Shown piece by piece: positions 8,435 to 17,399 of a stretch of DNA of 24,819 bases. The position numbers were made by a program, and so were the translations under genes. Position 1 is the stretch's first letter, and each line of letters starts with the position of its first letter. The stretch comes from a virus (Duplodnaviria > Caudoviricetes). Where the stretch lies: positions 1 to 24,819 of the IMG/VR virus record IMGVR_UViG_3300005713_000264, one strand, 5' to 3'. The notes beneath the pieces are model-generated. The model made no database searches. It was not told where the DNA came from and saw nothing but the letters and a program-made list of their open reading frames with translations.

Positions 8435-8884
8435 TTACTCCGTCGCGACCTTGACGCCCTGCATCTCCTGGTGAATCAACACCAAGAGATCCGCCAACCC
8501 CCGCGGGGCAATCCGCGCAATCGCCATGCGATCGGCTTCGGTTTTGTTCGGGAAGAACAAATGCAACGACGTCAGGCCTTCTTCATCCCGTTCAATCACC
8601 GTCCACTGCCGAGAGTGATACCGCCCGTGTTTGAGCCCGTTGAGCAACGTGATCTCCTCATCGGTCAACCGACCATCCGAAATCGGATGCCCGTTCTCAA
8701 ACACCCGACGACGCAGTCGAGGGCGCTGCCGTTTCCCCGTGGGATTCCAGGGCGTGACATACGTCGCCTGGGCCACCGTCTGTTGCGGGACCGGCTGCGC
8801 TTCCTGAATCTGCGTCAGCCGTTCGAGGACCTGAAGAATCGTCTTCCCGTCCCCCGTCGGCGCGTTGTCCTTGCCGTCAGTCAT
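8435..8884 (-). CDS. Hypothetical protein in head module
   Basis: 149 aa; AGGAGG RBS; fills the gap between flanking genes. Confidence 0.8.
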   Translation of the reverse strand: MTDGKDNAPTGDGKTILQVLERLTQIQEAQPVPQQTVAQATYVTPWNPTGKRQRPRLRRRVFENGHPISDGRLTDEEITLLNGLKHGRYHSRQWTVIERDEEGLTSLHLFFPNKTEADRMAIARIAPRGLADLLVLIHQEMQGVKVATE

Positions 8885-8895
8885 CTCGTCCCTCC

Positions 8896-9366
8896 TTACG
8901 CGCCGTTCACGTCATCGACGTACGGATACAGAATCTGCACCGCCACCGCCGCCGCGGTCGTCGTCGAAGCCCGCGTGATCGCGTTGTAGATTTCATCCCC
9001 CGCGACGCGCCCATCGCCCACGACACCATCCGCGCCTTCCCGTCCGACGCGCGCATTGTCCGCACACGCCGCCGCCACCTGCGCTTTGACGCCCATCGGC
9101 GCAAACACACAGAACCACCCGAACTTCCCCGCCACCACCGGCCCGCCCGCCACCGCCACCGGCCCGATCGCATTCGCCGCGAGCAAGGTCGTGACCGCCA
9201 ACTCGTCGTAGGTCACCCACGACCCTTCCAGGCAGTTCGCCACGCCTTTCAGGTACACCCACAACCGGCTCAACTCGTCTTTCGCCGACATCCCCAGCGC
9301 GTTCTTCTGAGTGTCGTGCACCGCATCCGTGTTGCCTTCAACCGGGACATCCGTAAATTTCGCCAT
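8896..9366 (-). CDS. Probable capsid decoration/minor capsid protein
   Basis: 156 aa Ala/Gly/Val-rich with WVYLK and FGWF motifs; directly downstream of major capsid; GGAGG RBS. Confidence 0.65.
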   Translation of the reverse strand: MAKFTDVPVEGNTDAVHDTQKNALGMSAKDELSRLWVYLKGVANCLEGSWVTYDELAVTTLLAANAIGPVAVAGGPVVAGKFGWFCVFAPMGVKAQVAAACADNARVGREGADGVVGDGRVAGDEIYNAITRASTTTAAAVAVQILYPYVDDVNGA

Positions 9367-9385
9367 GACTCACTGCCTCCCCGCC

Positions 9386-9427
9386 GGGCGCCGCGCGTCA
9401 GTGTCCCCACACCCCCGCGCGGCGCCC
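9386..9427. other. Perfect 12-bp inverted repeat after the major capsid gene
   Basis: GGGCGCCGCGCG (9386-9397)/CGCGCGGCGCCC (9416-9427), inner GTGT/ACAC; no U-tract, so mRNA-stabilising hairpin is more likely than a terminator. Confidence 0.7.
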
Positions 9428-9437
9428 TGACCCCCCG

Positions 9438-10370
9438 CTAGACTTGTGTCAAGACAAAGCCCCGGCTCTTGTTGTTCGTCGTGAACTGGAGCATCGAGTA
9501 CAGCTTCGAAACGTAGCCGTGCGCGTTCTGGATCTCCTGCGTCTCGCCGCGATCGCGGAAGAATTCCTTCGAGACCTTGAGATTCGTGTGCTTCGTGTTG
9601 AAACCGTAAATCCGCGTCCCGCCGTACGGCGAGAACACGTACCGCCCGGTCTTGAACGCGAGCGTCCGGAAGCCGACCTTCGCGTCCTCGACGTCGATGT
9701 AGCGCGCGAGGGTTTGAATCGAGCCTTCGTAGATGGCCTGCGTATCGCCGTCACTGACGAGGAGCGTGGGCATCGAGCCGCCCGTGCCCTTCGCCGCTTC
9801 GTTGAACGCCTTCGTGAGCTGCGCCTGGATGTTCGTGCCGGCCGCGGCGTACGTCGCGGTGTAATGCCGCCACCACGCATCGGCCGCTGAGTCGATGCCC
9901 CCGACGTTGCCCTGCCCAGAGTCCGGATAGATCCCGAGCAAGCCCAGGAACCCGTCCGTCGCCGCCGCGAACAGCGCCTCTTCGATCAGATCGTCATGCG
10001 TTTCCGCGCCGTTCTCGATGATGGACTTCACGAGCGCGACCTTCTGATTCTCCGACGGGTTCTTCGCCTCGTCCCCTTTACTCCAGACCATCTCGACGCT
10101 GAGCTGGCCGGGCGTGTAGACCGCCGTCGTCAGCACATCAGTCTTCGTCAGCGACGTCGTTTCCAGATCCGTCGCGAGAAAGCCCGAGTTCGGCGACCGA
10201 CGATAATCGAGCGGTTCCTCGATCGTCGGCCCCATGCTGATTTTCTTGATCCCGTTCTGCTTATCGAGTTCGCGCATGAGCGCGGACTCGGCCCACTGAT
10301 TCGCCGGCTTCTTCATCGCCGCGATGACCGCGGGATAGGACGCCGCCAGAATCTGACTGACAGTTGGCAT
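9438..10370 (-). CDS. Major capsid protein (podovirus-type)
   Basis: 310 aa; GPTIEEPLDY, FLGL, GNVGGIDSAADAWWR motifs; strong codon bias; AAGGAGTGAGG RBS; follows scaffold. Confidence 0.85.
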   Translation of the reverse strand: MPTVSQILAASYPAVIAAMKKPANQWAESALMRELDKQNGIKKISMGPTIEEPLDYRRSPNSGFLATDLETTSLTKTDVLTTAVYTPGQLSVEMVWSKGDEAKNPSENQKVALVKSIIENGAETHDDLIEEALFAAATDGFLGLLGIYPDSGQGNVGGIDSAADAWWRHYTATYAAAGTNIQAQLTKAFNEAAKGTGGSMPTLLVSDGDTQAIYEGSIQTLARYIDVEDAKVGFRTLAFKTGRYVFSPYGGTRIYGFNTKHTNLKVSKEFFRDRGETQEIQNAHGYVSKLYSMLQFTTNNKSRGFVLTQV

Positions 10371-10526
10371 ACCTCACTCCTTCCGTCTCAACGACGGAGC
10401 GCACCAATGCACGTGGTCTGACCGTCTCGCCGTCAGGACGCGAACGACGTGCCTGAAGAGGTATCCCCGAGTCAGGCGCCGGGGAGAGTGCGACGTGATC
10501 TGGCTCACGTCGCCAAGCCAAAGTCG

Positions 10527-11615
10527 TTAGGACAAACTGCGCGCGGCGTTCCGGATGATCGTGTCGATCTCCTGGTCGCCTTCCACCTTCGTCAGCTCCG
10601 CGGGCGGCAGGCCCGGTCGGAGCGAGCGGGGCGAGGCCGCCTGTCCATTGAGTTCCTTCTGAATCCGGGCGCGTTCTTCCGCTTCGATCTTCGGCCGCGC
10701 CGCCCGTTCGCCCGCGATGACAACGACGCGATAGGCCTGATCGAGCTGCATCCGCTCATTGCCCGGTTTCATCAGTTCTTCTCGAATCTTCGATTCGTAC
10801 TGCGCAAAGAGCGGCCAGTTCGCCCGCGCGTCCGAGAGCACTCCGCCCTGGCGCGTGAAGGCCTGCTCGATGCGCTCACGCGCCGCGCGCTCCTGGTGAA
10901 TCGGCGCCATCTCGCCGCGAATTTTGTCCAGCTCCGCGTCGTACGCCTGCTTCGCTTGATTGAGGCGCCACTGCCACAACTGATTCGCGCGCTCGACGCT
11001 GTACCCCATCCCGCCGCCATCGAGGAGCGTGTCGGGTTCCGGCTCCTTGTCTTCGGCCGGCGCGGCCGGCGGCGGGATCGCCGCGGTACCGCCCCGTGCC
11101 ACGATCGCCTGCGTGATGAGCGCATCAATCCGCGCCTTGTACTGCGGAATCGCTTGCAGGATCTGGAGAAACGCGTCGGGGTTACTCTCCGCAATCTGAA
11201 ACGCGCGCATCCGTTCGGTAAATTCCGGCGTCTCGTACTGCTTCGCGCGTTCGAGCTGATCGGCGGCCTGCGCCAAAATCTGTTCGTGCTGTTTGCGGAC
11301 GCGACTCAAAATCGCCTGATGCCGCGCGACGCCCATCCGGCCACGCAGACGCCCGTCCTTCGCGAGGAGTTCCTGTTCAAGCGCGCCCAGTTCCGCTTCT
11401 TCGGTCTGCTCCGGCGTCATCACCGGGGGCGCGGCCGTCGGCGGCGGCGCGGCCGGAGCCGACTCGGCCGGCGCCGCACCACGGTCCGACGCCGCACCCC
11501 CCTCGGGGACTGCACTGCCCGAGGCCTCTGACGGCGCGGGGTCCGGCGCGGGCGCTTCGCTCGCGCTCAGATCCGCCGCCGCCGATTCGATGATGCCGGT
11601 GATTTCGTCACTCAT
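10527..11615 (-). CDS. Capsid scaffolding protein
   Basis: 362 aa; acidic Pro/Ala-rich N-terminus, coiled-coil centre, short C-terminal helix; just upstream of capsid. Confidence 0.75.
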   Translation of the reverse strand: MSDEITGIIESAAADLSASEAPAPDPAPSEASGSAVPEGGAASDRGAAPAESAPAAPPPTAAPPVMTPEQTEEAELGALEQELLAKDGRLRGRMGVARHQAILSRVRKQHEQILAQAADQLERAKQYETPEFTERMRAFQIAESNPDAFLQILQAIPQYKARIDALITQAIVARGGTAAIPPPAAPAEDKEPEPDTLLDGGGMGYSVERANQLWQWRLNQAKQAYDAELDKIRGEMAPIHQERAARERIEQAFTRQGGVLSDARANWPLFAQYESKIREELMKPGNERMQLDQAYRVVVIAGERAARPKIEAEERARIQKELNGQAASPRSLRPGLPPAELTKVEGDQEIDTIIRNAARSLS

Positions 11616-12042
11616 CAGTCCCTACCTGTTGCCGTCGCTCCCGCTGTTCGTCCGGCGTCAAGAGCGCCATCGGCCGCGGGTCATACCCAGGCGGCGGCGA
11701 CGTCGCCCACCGTGTCGTGAACTTCGATTTGTCCGTGCCCGGCAGCGGCTTGTGCTCGACGACGTTCATGTACCCTCGCGCCGCCGCCTCGCGCCGCATC
11801 TCGGACTTCGACGTGAACCGTTTCGGCGTGCCGTCCGGATGGCAGATCGCATGCTCGATCACGACATCGCACGCGTCGCCAATCACCGTCGGCGCCTTCG
11901 CCACGACCGCCCGCACCGACACCATGGACGCGCCACAGGCCGCGCACACGGGCACGGTGGCGTCATCGTCCCAGGCCCAGTGATCGAGGCCCACCGCACA
12001 GGGCGCACAGGTCCACCGCGTCGCGCGATAGGTCCGCGTCAT
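11608..12042 (-). CDS. Zinc-ribbon protein (FmdB-like)
   Basis: CAPC...CAACG cysteine pairs and FTSKSEMR motif; between portal and scaffold. Confidence 0.7.
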   Translation of the reverse strand: MTRTYRATRWTCAPCAVGLDHWAWDDDATVPVCAACGASMVSVRAVVAKAPTVIGDACDVVIEHAICHPDGTPKRFTSKSEMRREAAARGYMNVVEHKPLPGTDKSKFTTRWATSPPPGYDPRPMALLTPDEQRERRQQVGTDE

Positions 12043-12590
12043 GTCGTGGGCTCCCCCTCCGCCGCGAACGTCACCACCGGTAACGCCTTCGCGCCCTCCG
12101 GCAGTCCCCCGAGATTGACGCCGATCATCACCTTCACGCCGCCGCCCACGCTGTCTTTGGCCACCGGCGCGACCACCGGCTCGTCGCCGGCCTTAATCGT
12201 CTGCAGCGCCCATTCCGCCGGCCGCGCGTCCCCGCGCAGCGCCGAAATGCGCGCCGCGTCCAGATGCAACCTCGCATATTCGGGCAACGCCTCCCGCAAC
12301 GACAGCCGGACCTCCTCCAGCAACTCCTTCGCCAGGCGCGGCGTCACCGGCACAGGCAGCGGCGGCCGATTCGTCACGTAACAGGTCTGGCAAAGGCCAT
12401 CGGCCACCGCAATCCGGTTGCGATGACAGAGCGCCCGTTGATAGCCGACCGGCGGCCGGCCCCGCTGCTGCAAGTACTGCGTCGGCGTCAGCGCCTTGTG
12501 CGTCTTTTTCGACGGCTGCATCTCCGCCATCGGCGTCGGATGCATGAAATTCCGCTTCGTCCGCCCCTTCGTCGGCGTCGGGTCACTCAT
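12039..12590 (-). CDS. Hypothetical protein, possible small terminase subunit
   Basis: 183 aa; basic N-terminus, CH...GLCQTCY motif, helical core ending AEWAL, C-terminal strand VKVMIGVNL; ATGA overlaps at both ends. Confidence 0.5.
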   Translation of the reverse strand: MSDPTPTKGRTKRNFMHPTPMAEMQPSKKTHKALTPTQYLQQRGRPPVGYQRALCHRNRIAVADGLCQTCYVTNRPPLPVPVTPRLAKELLEEVRLSLREALPEYARLHLDAARISALRGDARPAEWALQTIKAGDEPVVAPVAKDSVGGGVKVMIGVNLGGLPEGAKALPVVTFAAEGEPTT

Positions 12591-14740
12591 GGCATCAACC
12601 TCGCGCCACTCTCCGCGCGCTTGAGAATCGGCTGCACGGTCTCGGGCGGCGTCACCGGCGCGAGACGCGGCGGCCCCGGCGGCGCCCCGCCGCCCGGCGC
12701 CATCCCCGGCCCCGGTTGGCGCACCATCATTTTCGAGACCGCATCCTGAATCATCGTCGCCGCCGCCTGAATGTCGGCCGGCGTGAGCTGGATGCCGGTC
12801 TTGAGGAGCAGCGCCACGGCCATCGGATTGAGCAGGTCCTCGCCGCTGAAGCGATACGAAATGTTCGGCGCCTCGGGCTTGTCCTCGGGCGGCTCTTTGC
12901 GAATCAGCTTGTTCGGATCGTGGCCGTGCAGTTGAATGAGTTCCCGTTCGAGCTGCGACCGATCGACCGACTTACTGTTCGCCGTCAGGTTGTAGAGCTT
13001 GAGCGTGTTGGTCTGCCGCGTCTGCAAATCGACGCGATCGGAACTATCGGCGACGATGTCCCACAGAAATTCGCCGAGGAGATCGGCAGGCTCCACCGGC
13101 TGGAGTTCTTCGCCGCCGAGCTTCGGCACCCGCACGTACTTCGTCCCGGCGCGAAACTTCTGCATGAGCGAGAAGAGGACTTCGGCGCCTTCGACGAGGA
13201 ACCGATTCGTGCGGCCCTTCTCGTAATCGAGCCGCACCTGCCCCGCACTCTGCACGATCTTCGCTTCCGTCGCACTGCGTTCGTTCGGCGTCTGCGTCCC
13301 GAGCTGATTGTTCGACAGACTCCACGACCGATCGAGATCGGCGCCGATGATCGTCTGAAACTGAAAACTCTCGCGCGGATAGGTGGCCCGCGCCACTTCC
13401 CCAATCATCCGCGAGCCGTCGCCATTGACCGGCACGATGTCCTGATACTCGCCGCGCTTGAGCGCCTCGGCAATCTCGTCATCGACGAGATTCACGTTGT
13501 ACCAGCGGATCGGCACGCTGTGATCGCGCTGCCGGAGCATCTGCGATCGCGATCGAATCAGCTCACGCACCTGCGGCCGGCCCGCTTCGGTATCCGAGGG
13601 GGGAATCGCCGTATCCGACACGTAGGTGAGCGTCGCCACACGCACCGGCAATTTCCGGAGCCCCTTGTAATAGCCCGGCCGCCCCGGCGTCTCGGGCGTG
13701 CCCTCGGGCGCCTCCAGCGTGGGCGGCTGCGCCGGCACCGCCGGCTGTTCGGGCACCCACTCCTGCCAGTCGGTCTGGTCGTACTCGACCGGCTCATCAT
13801 GCCCCTCGACGAGCACGAGCCGACGAATGCAGTTGGGATGGAACTTGTCCGTGTCAAAGAGCCACGCGTAGTACCAAATCTGTGTCACGCGCACGTACTG
13901 CGTCGCATCGACGTAGAGCTGCTCGATGTCGTCCGTCAGCCCGCGGGGCCGGCGCGATCCGGTCCCCTCAAACTCCGGGGGCACACTCGGCCACGTCTTC
14001 TTCGCCGCCTCGATCGTCATCCACGACTGCACGCCGAGCCACGGCGCCTGATCCCAGTTGCTCGATCGAAATTCCGGCGGCCAGAGAAAATCCGCGGGAC
14101 TGACGCGATCCCACGTGAACTTCTGCGCGACAATTTTCTTCACCGTGACCGTCGTCGGCGCCCCCGGCGTGAGCCCGCCAAACGGATCGACGAGGGGCAC
14201 CCCCGGCATGGCCATCTGGACGTCTTCGGTGTGCCGTTCCAGCCCGATGAGCGAGACCATCACGCCGGCCGCGTTGATCACATCCGCCAGACACTCGTCG
14301 ATCATGTAAGCGGCCTGACACTCGTAGTGCAGCACGTCGTTCAGATCGGCCGTGACCTTCGCCGCCTTCTCCTCGAACTCCGGCGCTTTCGCACTCGCCA
14401 CGATCTTCGGGAGCTGATAGTTGAGCTGCGCCGCCTTCTGCTTCGATCGCGCCCAGTCCTCCGGCAGACTGAGCCGATCCGGCTCGCTGCCCTCTTCGAC
14501 CCCGCCCGCGCCAAAGGGCCGCTGCACCCGATGCCGCACGTTCTGCTGCCACTTGGTGAGGAACTGCTCGCGATATTTCTCACTCGCGGCAATCCGCGCC
14601 CGCCACTCGTCGGTCTGTTTCTTCGTGAGCTTCGACGGATCGCGCCGCATCGGCGCCACGGCCGGCGCGGCGGGCGGGGGCGGCGCCGCGAGCGCCGCCA
14701 CGCCCCCAGGCGCGAGCGGATCGAGGCCCTGGTCGATCAT
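12587..14740 (-). CDS. Portal protein (717 aa)
   Basis: Start moved to ATG 14740 (ATGA overlap with terminase stop); size, RVSPADFLWPP and RSATEA motifs; follows TerL. Confidence 0.88.
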   Translation of the reverse strand: MIDQGLDPLAPGGVAALAAPPPPAAPAVAPMRRDPSKLTKKQTDEWRARIAASEKYREQFLTKWQQNVRHRVQRPFGAGGVEEGSEPDRLSLPEDWARSKQKAAQLNYQLPKIVASAKAPEFEEKAAKVTADLNDVLHYECQAAYMIDECLADVINAAGVMVSLIGLERHTEDVQMAMPGVPLVDPFGGLTPGAPTTVTVKKIVAQKFTWDRVSPADFLWPPEFRSSNWDQAPWLGVQSWMTIEAAKKTWPSVPPEFEGTGSRRPRGLTDDIEQLYVDATQYVRVTQIWYYAWLFDTDKFHPNCIRRLVLVEGHDEPVEYDQTDWQEWVPEQPAVPAQPPTLEAPEGTPETPGRPGYYKGLRKLPVRVATLTYVSDTAIPPSDTEAGRPQVRELIRSRSQMLRQRDHSVPIRWYNVNLVDDEIAEALKRGEYQDIVPVNGDGSRMIGEVARATYPRESFQFQTIIGADLDRSWSLSNNQLGTQTPNERSATEAKIVQSAGQVRLDYEKGRTNRFLVEGAEVLFSLMQKFRAGTKYVRVPKLGGEELQPVEPADLLGEFLWDIVADSSDRVDLQTRQTNTLKLYNLTANSKSVDRSQLERELIQLHGHDPNKLIRKEPPEDKPEAPNISYRFSGEDLLNPMAVALLLKTGIQLTPADIQAAATMIQDAVSKMMVRQPGPGMAPGGGAPPGPPRLAPVTPPETVQPILKRAESGARLMP

Positions 14741-16215
14741 CCGGCCCTCAACACCGCAGGCGCCCAGTTCTCGACCCCGCGGCGCCGTTCCCGACGCGCG
14801 ATCAGCCGCCGCCGCCAGACCAGCTCCGGCGTCTCGCGCGGTTCTCGCGAGGGGCCGCCGCGATCCTGCGCGAAGTAGCGCAGACAATCCGCCGCGTCAT
14901 CCTCGGTCCCGACCGTCTGAATGTCCTGCGGATCCTTCGGATCGATCACCATCGTCGGGAACGTCCGCACCGTGTGCGGACAGCCGCTTCTGAGGACGCG
15001 CAGCCGGGGAAACGTCACCGGCCCGTCGTTCCGGAGTTCCGTCCGCGTGTCGCGGAGCCACGTGTGCAGCGTCACCCACCCCGCCACGCGCTGCTTATCC
15101 GCTTCGATCATCCCCACGCCGGCCTTCTCGAAATGCTCCGCAATCGACGGGCCCTCGTGTTCTTGCCACATCGCCGTGTCGCCAATCGTGTAGCGAATCT
15201 TCAGCCCCACGCTGCGCCGCGTAATCTCCGCCGCCGCGTCGGCGGGCACGAGTTCCTTGAACACAAATTCCTGAAACACGATCGCGGACCCGTCGGTCAG
15301 ACACGCGATCCACAGACACAGCCCCGGATTGCCGCCCACCGAATAGCCCCAATCGACCACGCGCACAATCTGCACATGCGGCGCGAAGACGATCGGCTGC
15401 CCCCGCCACGTCGGCAACGTGTCGATGACATGCCACGGCCGCCCGTCCTTGGTCTCCGCCCACTCGGAGAAGAACTGCCCCTCGACCACCCACTCCCCAT
15501 ACCGCAGCGCTTTTCTGAGCGCCTCCGAGGGCAGATTCTTCAGCTTCTTCTCGTAATCCGCCTGATTGACGTACGGGTTGTCGTCCATGTTGCAGGTGAT
15601 GCGCTGGTAGTCCTCCGGCGTGTACTCGGGCGCCTCGTCATACGTCGGGTTGTGATCGATGAAGAGCTTCTTCACCCAGGCCGCGCCCGGCCCCACCGGG
15701 TTGGTCGCGAGCCGCACGAGCGGCACATAGCCCGGAATCGGCGAGCGCAGACTCGTGCACATGAACGTGAACTGCCGGTAGGTGAACGTCGCCGCCTCAT
15801 CAATCCCCAGCCACTCGAATTCCGAGGACAGATAGCGCGTGAGCGTCGCATCGTCCTCGGCGTGCCCAAAATGGAGCAGCGATCCGTTCGGAAACCGCAG
15901 CACGAAATCCGTCGCGTGCCAGGCGCGGGGATCCAACCCGAGCTGCGTCAGCTCGTAGGGCACGAAATTCAGATGCGAGAGCCGCAGCTCCGGCATCGAG
16001 CGGCGCACGATAATCGCGCGGAAGCGCGGCGTGGTGAGACACCGCAGATACGCATCCCACCGGAGCCAGATCGACTTGCCGCCGCCCCGGCCCCCTTCGA
16101 GGAGGACATAGGGTTTGTCCGACTCGTGCCCGCGCTTCTGATGCGCCAGCATCCGATAGACCACCGTGGCCTGGCCGCCCTTCTCGACCGTGACCGCCTC
16201 GGCGACCGCCCCCAT
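14737..16215 (-). CDS. terL: Terminase large subunit
   Basis: Walker A GGRGGGKS, Walker B WLGIDEA, coupling motif LATNP, nuclease residues VVDWGY and DDAADCLRY. Confidence 0.95.
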   Translation of the reverse strand: MGAVAEAVTVEKGGQATVVYRMLAHQKRGHESDKPYVLLEGGRGGGKSIWLRWDAYLRCLTTPRFRAIIVRRSMPELRLSHLNFVPYELTQLGLDPRAWHATDFVLRFPNGSLLHFGHAEDDATLTRYLSSEFEWLGIDEAATFTYRQFTFMCTSLRSPIPGYVPLVRLATNPVGPGAAWVKKLFIDHNPTYDEAPEYTPEDYQRITCNMDDNPYVNQADYEKKLKNLPSEALRKALRYGEWVVEGQFFSEWAETKDGRPWHVIDTLPTWRGQPIVFAPHVQIVRVVDWGYSVGGNPGLCLWIACLTDGSAIVFQEFVFKELVPADAAAEITRRSVGLKIRYTIGDTAMWQEHEGPSIAEHFEKAGVGMIEADKQRVAGWVTLHTWLRDTRTELRNDGPVTFPRLRVLRSGCPHTVRTFPTMVIDPKDPQDIQTVGTEDDAADCLRYFAQDRGGPSREPRETPELVWRRRLIARRERRRGVENWAPAVLRAG

Positions 16216-16435
16216 CGCTTAGAGGTGCCGCCTTCAGGGCGGTTCCTCACGGTCGAGGGGCCCCTTTTTTTTGGGGGGTGTACCGTTGTACCGGAGTCGA
16301 TTTTTGACGACGGTACGCGCAAGTCCTTTCGAGGCAAGCACTTCGGGGAAAATAGGGCTGTACCGGGGGCTTTCCGATCTTTATATGTACTTCCCTCCCT
16401 CTTTGTTCCCCCTTTTATAGGTACTCTTTTTCTTT

Positions 16436-16460
16436 AGAGAGAGAGAGAGAGAGAGAGAGA
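16436..16460 (+). repeat. (GA)n dinucleotide tract, about 12 units
   Basis: Directly visible within an AT-rich patch. Confidence 0.95.
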
Positions 16461-17042
16461 TGGTATAAATAGGGGGCGAAAGCCATTTTCGCCCAATAAA
16501 ATCAGGCACTTTTGCTGTACCACCTCTACATAGTCCCCCCAAATCATAGCCCCCCCTCGTCTTCCGGAACCGCCTGCGTATGCAGGAGATGCGCGTACCG
16601 TCGTGGACGACGGTACACCGCGGTACAGATGAGTTTTTTGGCACTTTCGCCCCTATGATTCTGGCCGTTTTCCCCGTACCGCGCCTTCCAGGACGAGACA
16701 GCCGTGTGTCAGGGATTGCCCAAAATGCGCGGCGGGTTGGGTCCCCGCGGAGCGGCTGGCCGCCGAACTGGCGAACGAAGACCTTCGTAGGACGATTAGG
16801 TCGAATGACCGAATCACCGTCATTAGGTCATGTGACCTAGCGCCCGTGCCGTGCCTGTTGTGGCCGTATCCTCTTATACGGCATGCACTTACCGCCATTC
16901 TGCCTGGTCGATGCCTGCGTGCCCGGCGCCACCGAGGTCCGGGAAGAATCGCCCGGAGAAGTCAGAATCGAGGCCAGACGTCCGAGAATCATGGTATGAT
17001 CGTCCCCGTAAGTCCTTCCGTTTTAACGAGTTAACAAAATCA

Positions 17043-17070
17043 GCGTCTGATACTGAGAGTTATGTTGACT
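17043..17070 (+). other. dif-like XerCD recombination site
   Basis: GCGTCTGATAC-TGAGAG-TTATGTTGACT, 11-6-11 layout; right arm matches the E. coli XerD arm TTATGTTAAAT at 9/11. Confidence 0.6.
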
Positions 17071-17170
17071 TGAGCGGGCAGCGCTCAGGGCGTCAGCAGC
17101 CCGGACGCCCCCGCCCCGAGGCCCCGTTTGCCTGCCTCGTCGGGCCTTGCCGACCCCCGCCGCGCGCCAC

Positions 17171-17199
17171 TTGACAATCAAAACCATCTGTGCAATCAT
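17171..17199 (+). promoter_or_regulatory. Sigma70-type early promoter
   Basis: TTGACA, 17 bp, TGc-AATCAT (extended -10-like), upstream of AAAGGAGA RBS. Confidence 0.65.
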
Positions 17200-17229
17200 C
17201 ATTATCGTTGTATTTGTAAAGGAGACCTG

Positions 17230-17397
17230 ATGATCAACCTACCCGCCACCCTCGACGCCATCGCCATTCTCGACAAGGCGGCCTCGCATGCGGCCTGCCA
17301 CATTGCCAGCGCTGTGCCCTTCGTCTTCGTGAACAACGCCAAGAAGCGCCTTGACAAAGAAGTCAACGACTACCTCCGCGGCACGGAGGCCAAGTAA
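17230..17397 (+). CDS. Hypothetical protein (55 aa)
   Basis: ATG 17230 with AAAGGAGA RBS: MINLPATLDAI...GTEAK. Confidence 0.7.
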   Translation: MINLPATLDAIAILDKAASHAACHIASAVPFVFVNNAKKRLDKEVNDYLRGTEAK

Positions 17398-17399
17398 CC

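Larger units (their letters stand above)
1..16215 (-). mobile_element. Tailed phage late (packaging, head, tail) operon, podovirus-like order
   Basis: Contiguous same-strand genes with ATGA/TAATG/GTGA overlaps; terminase ATPase and nuclease motifs; portal-scaffold-capsid-adaptor-nozzle-fibre order; no tape measure or sheath gene in the window. Confidence 0.93.

Noticed and set aside
10451-10500. CTGAAGA as a hammerhead ribozyme core
   Set aside because: No correctly placed GAAA or three-stem junction, and it is on the non-coding strand.
308-16437. Long plus-strand ORFs (308-1756, 3081-5066, 5081-7039, 10449-11531, 12716-14878, 14974-16437)
   Set aside because: Antisense shadows of well-supported minus-strand genes in GC-rich DNA; Arg-rich with no motifs.
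16381-17174. Short ORFs in the divergent intergenic region
   Set aside because: No clear RBS, run through low-complexity and palindromic DNA; treated as non-coding.
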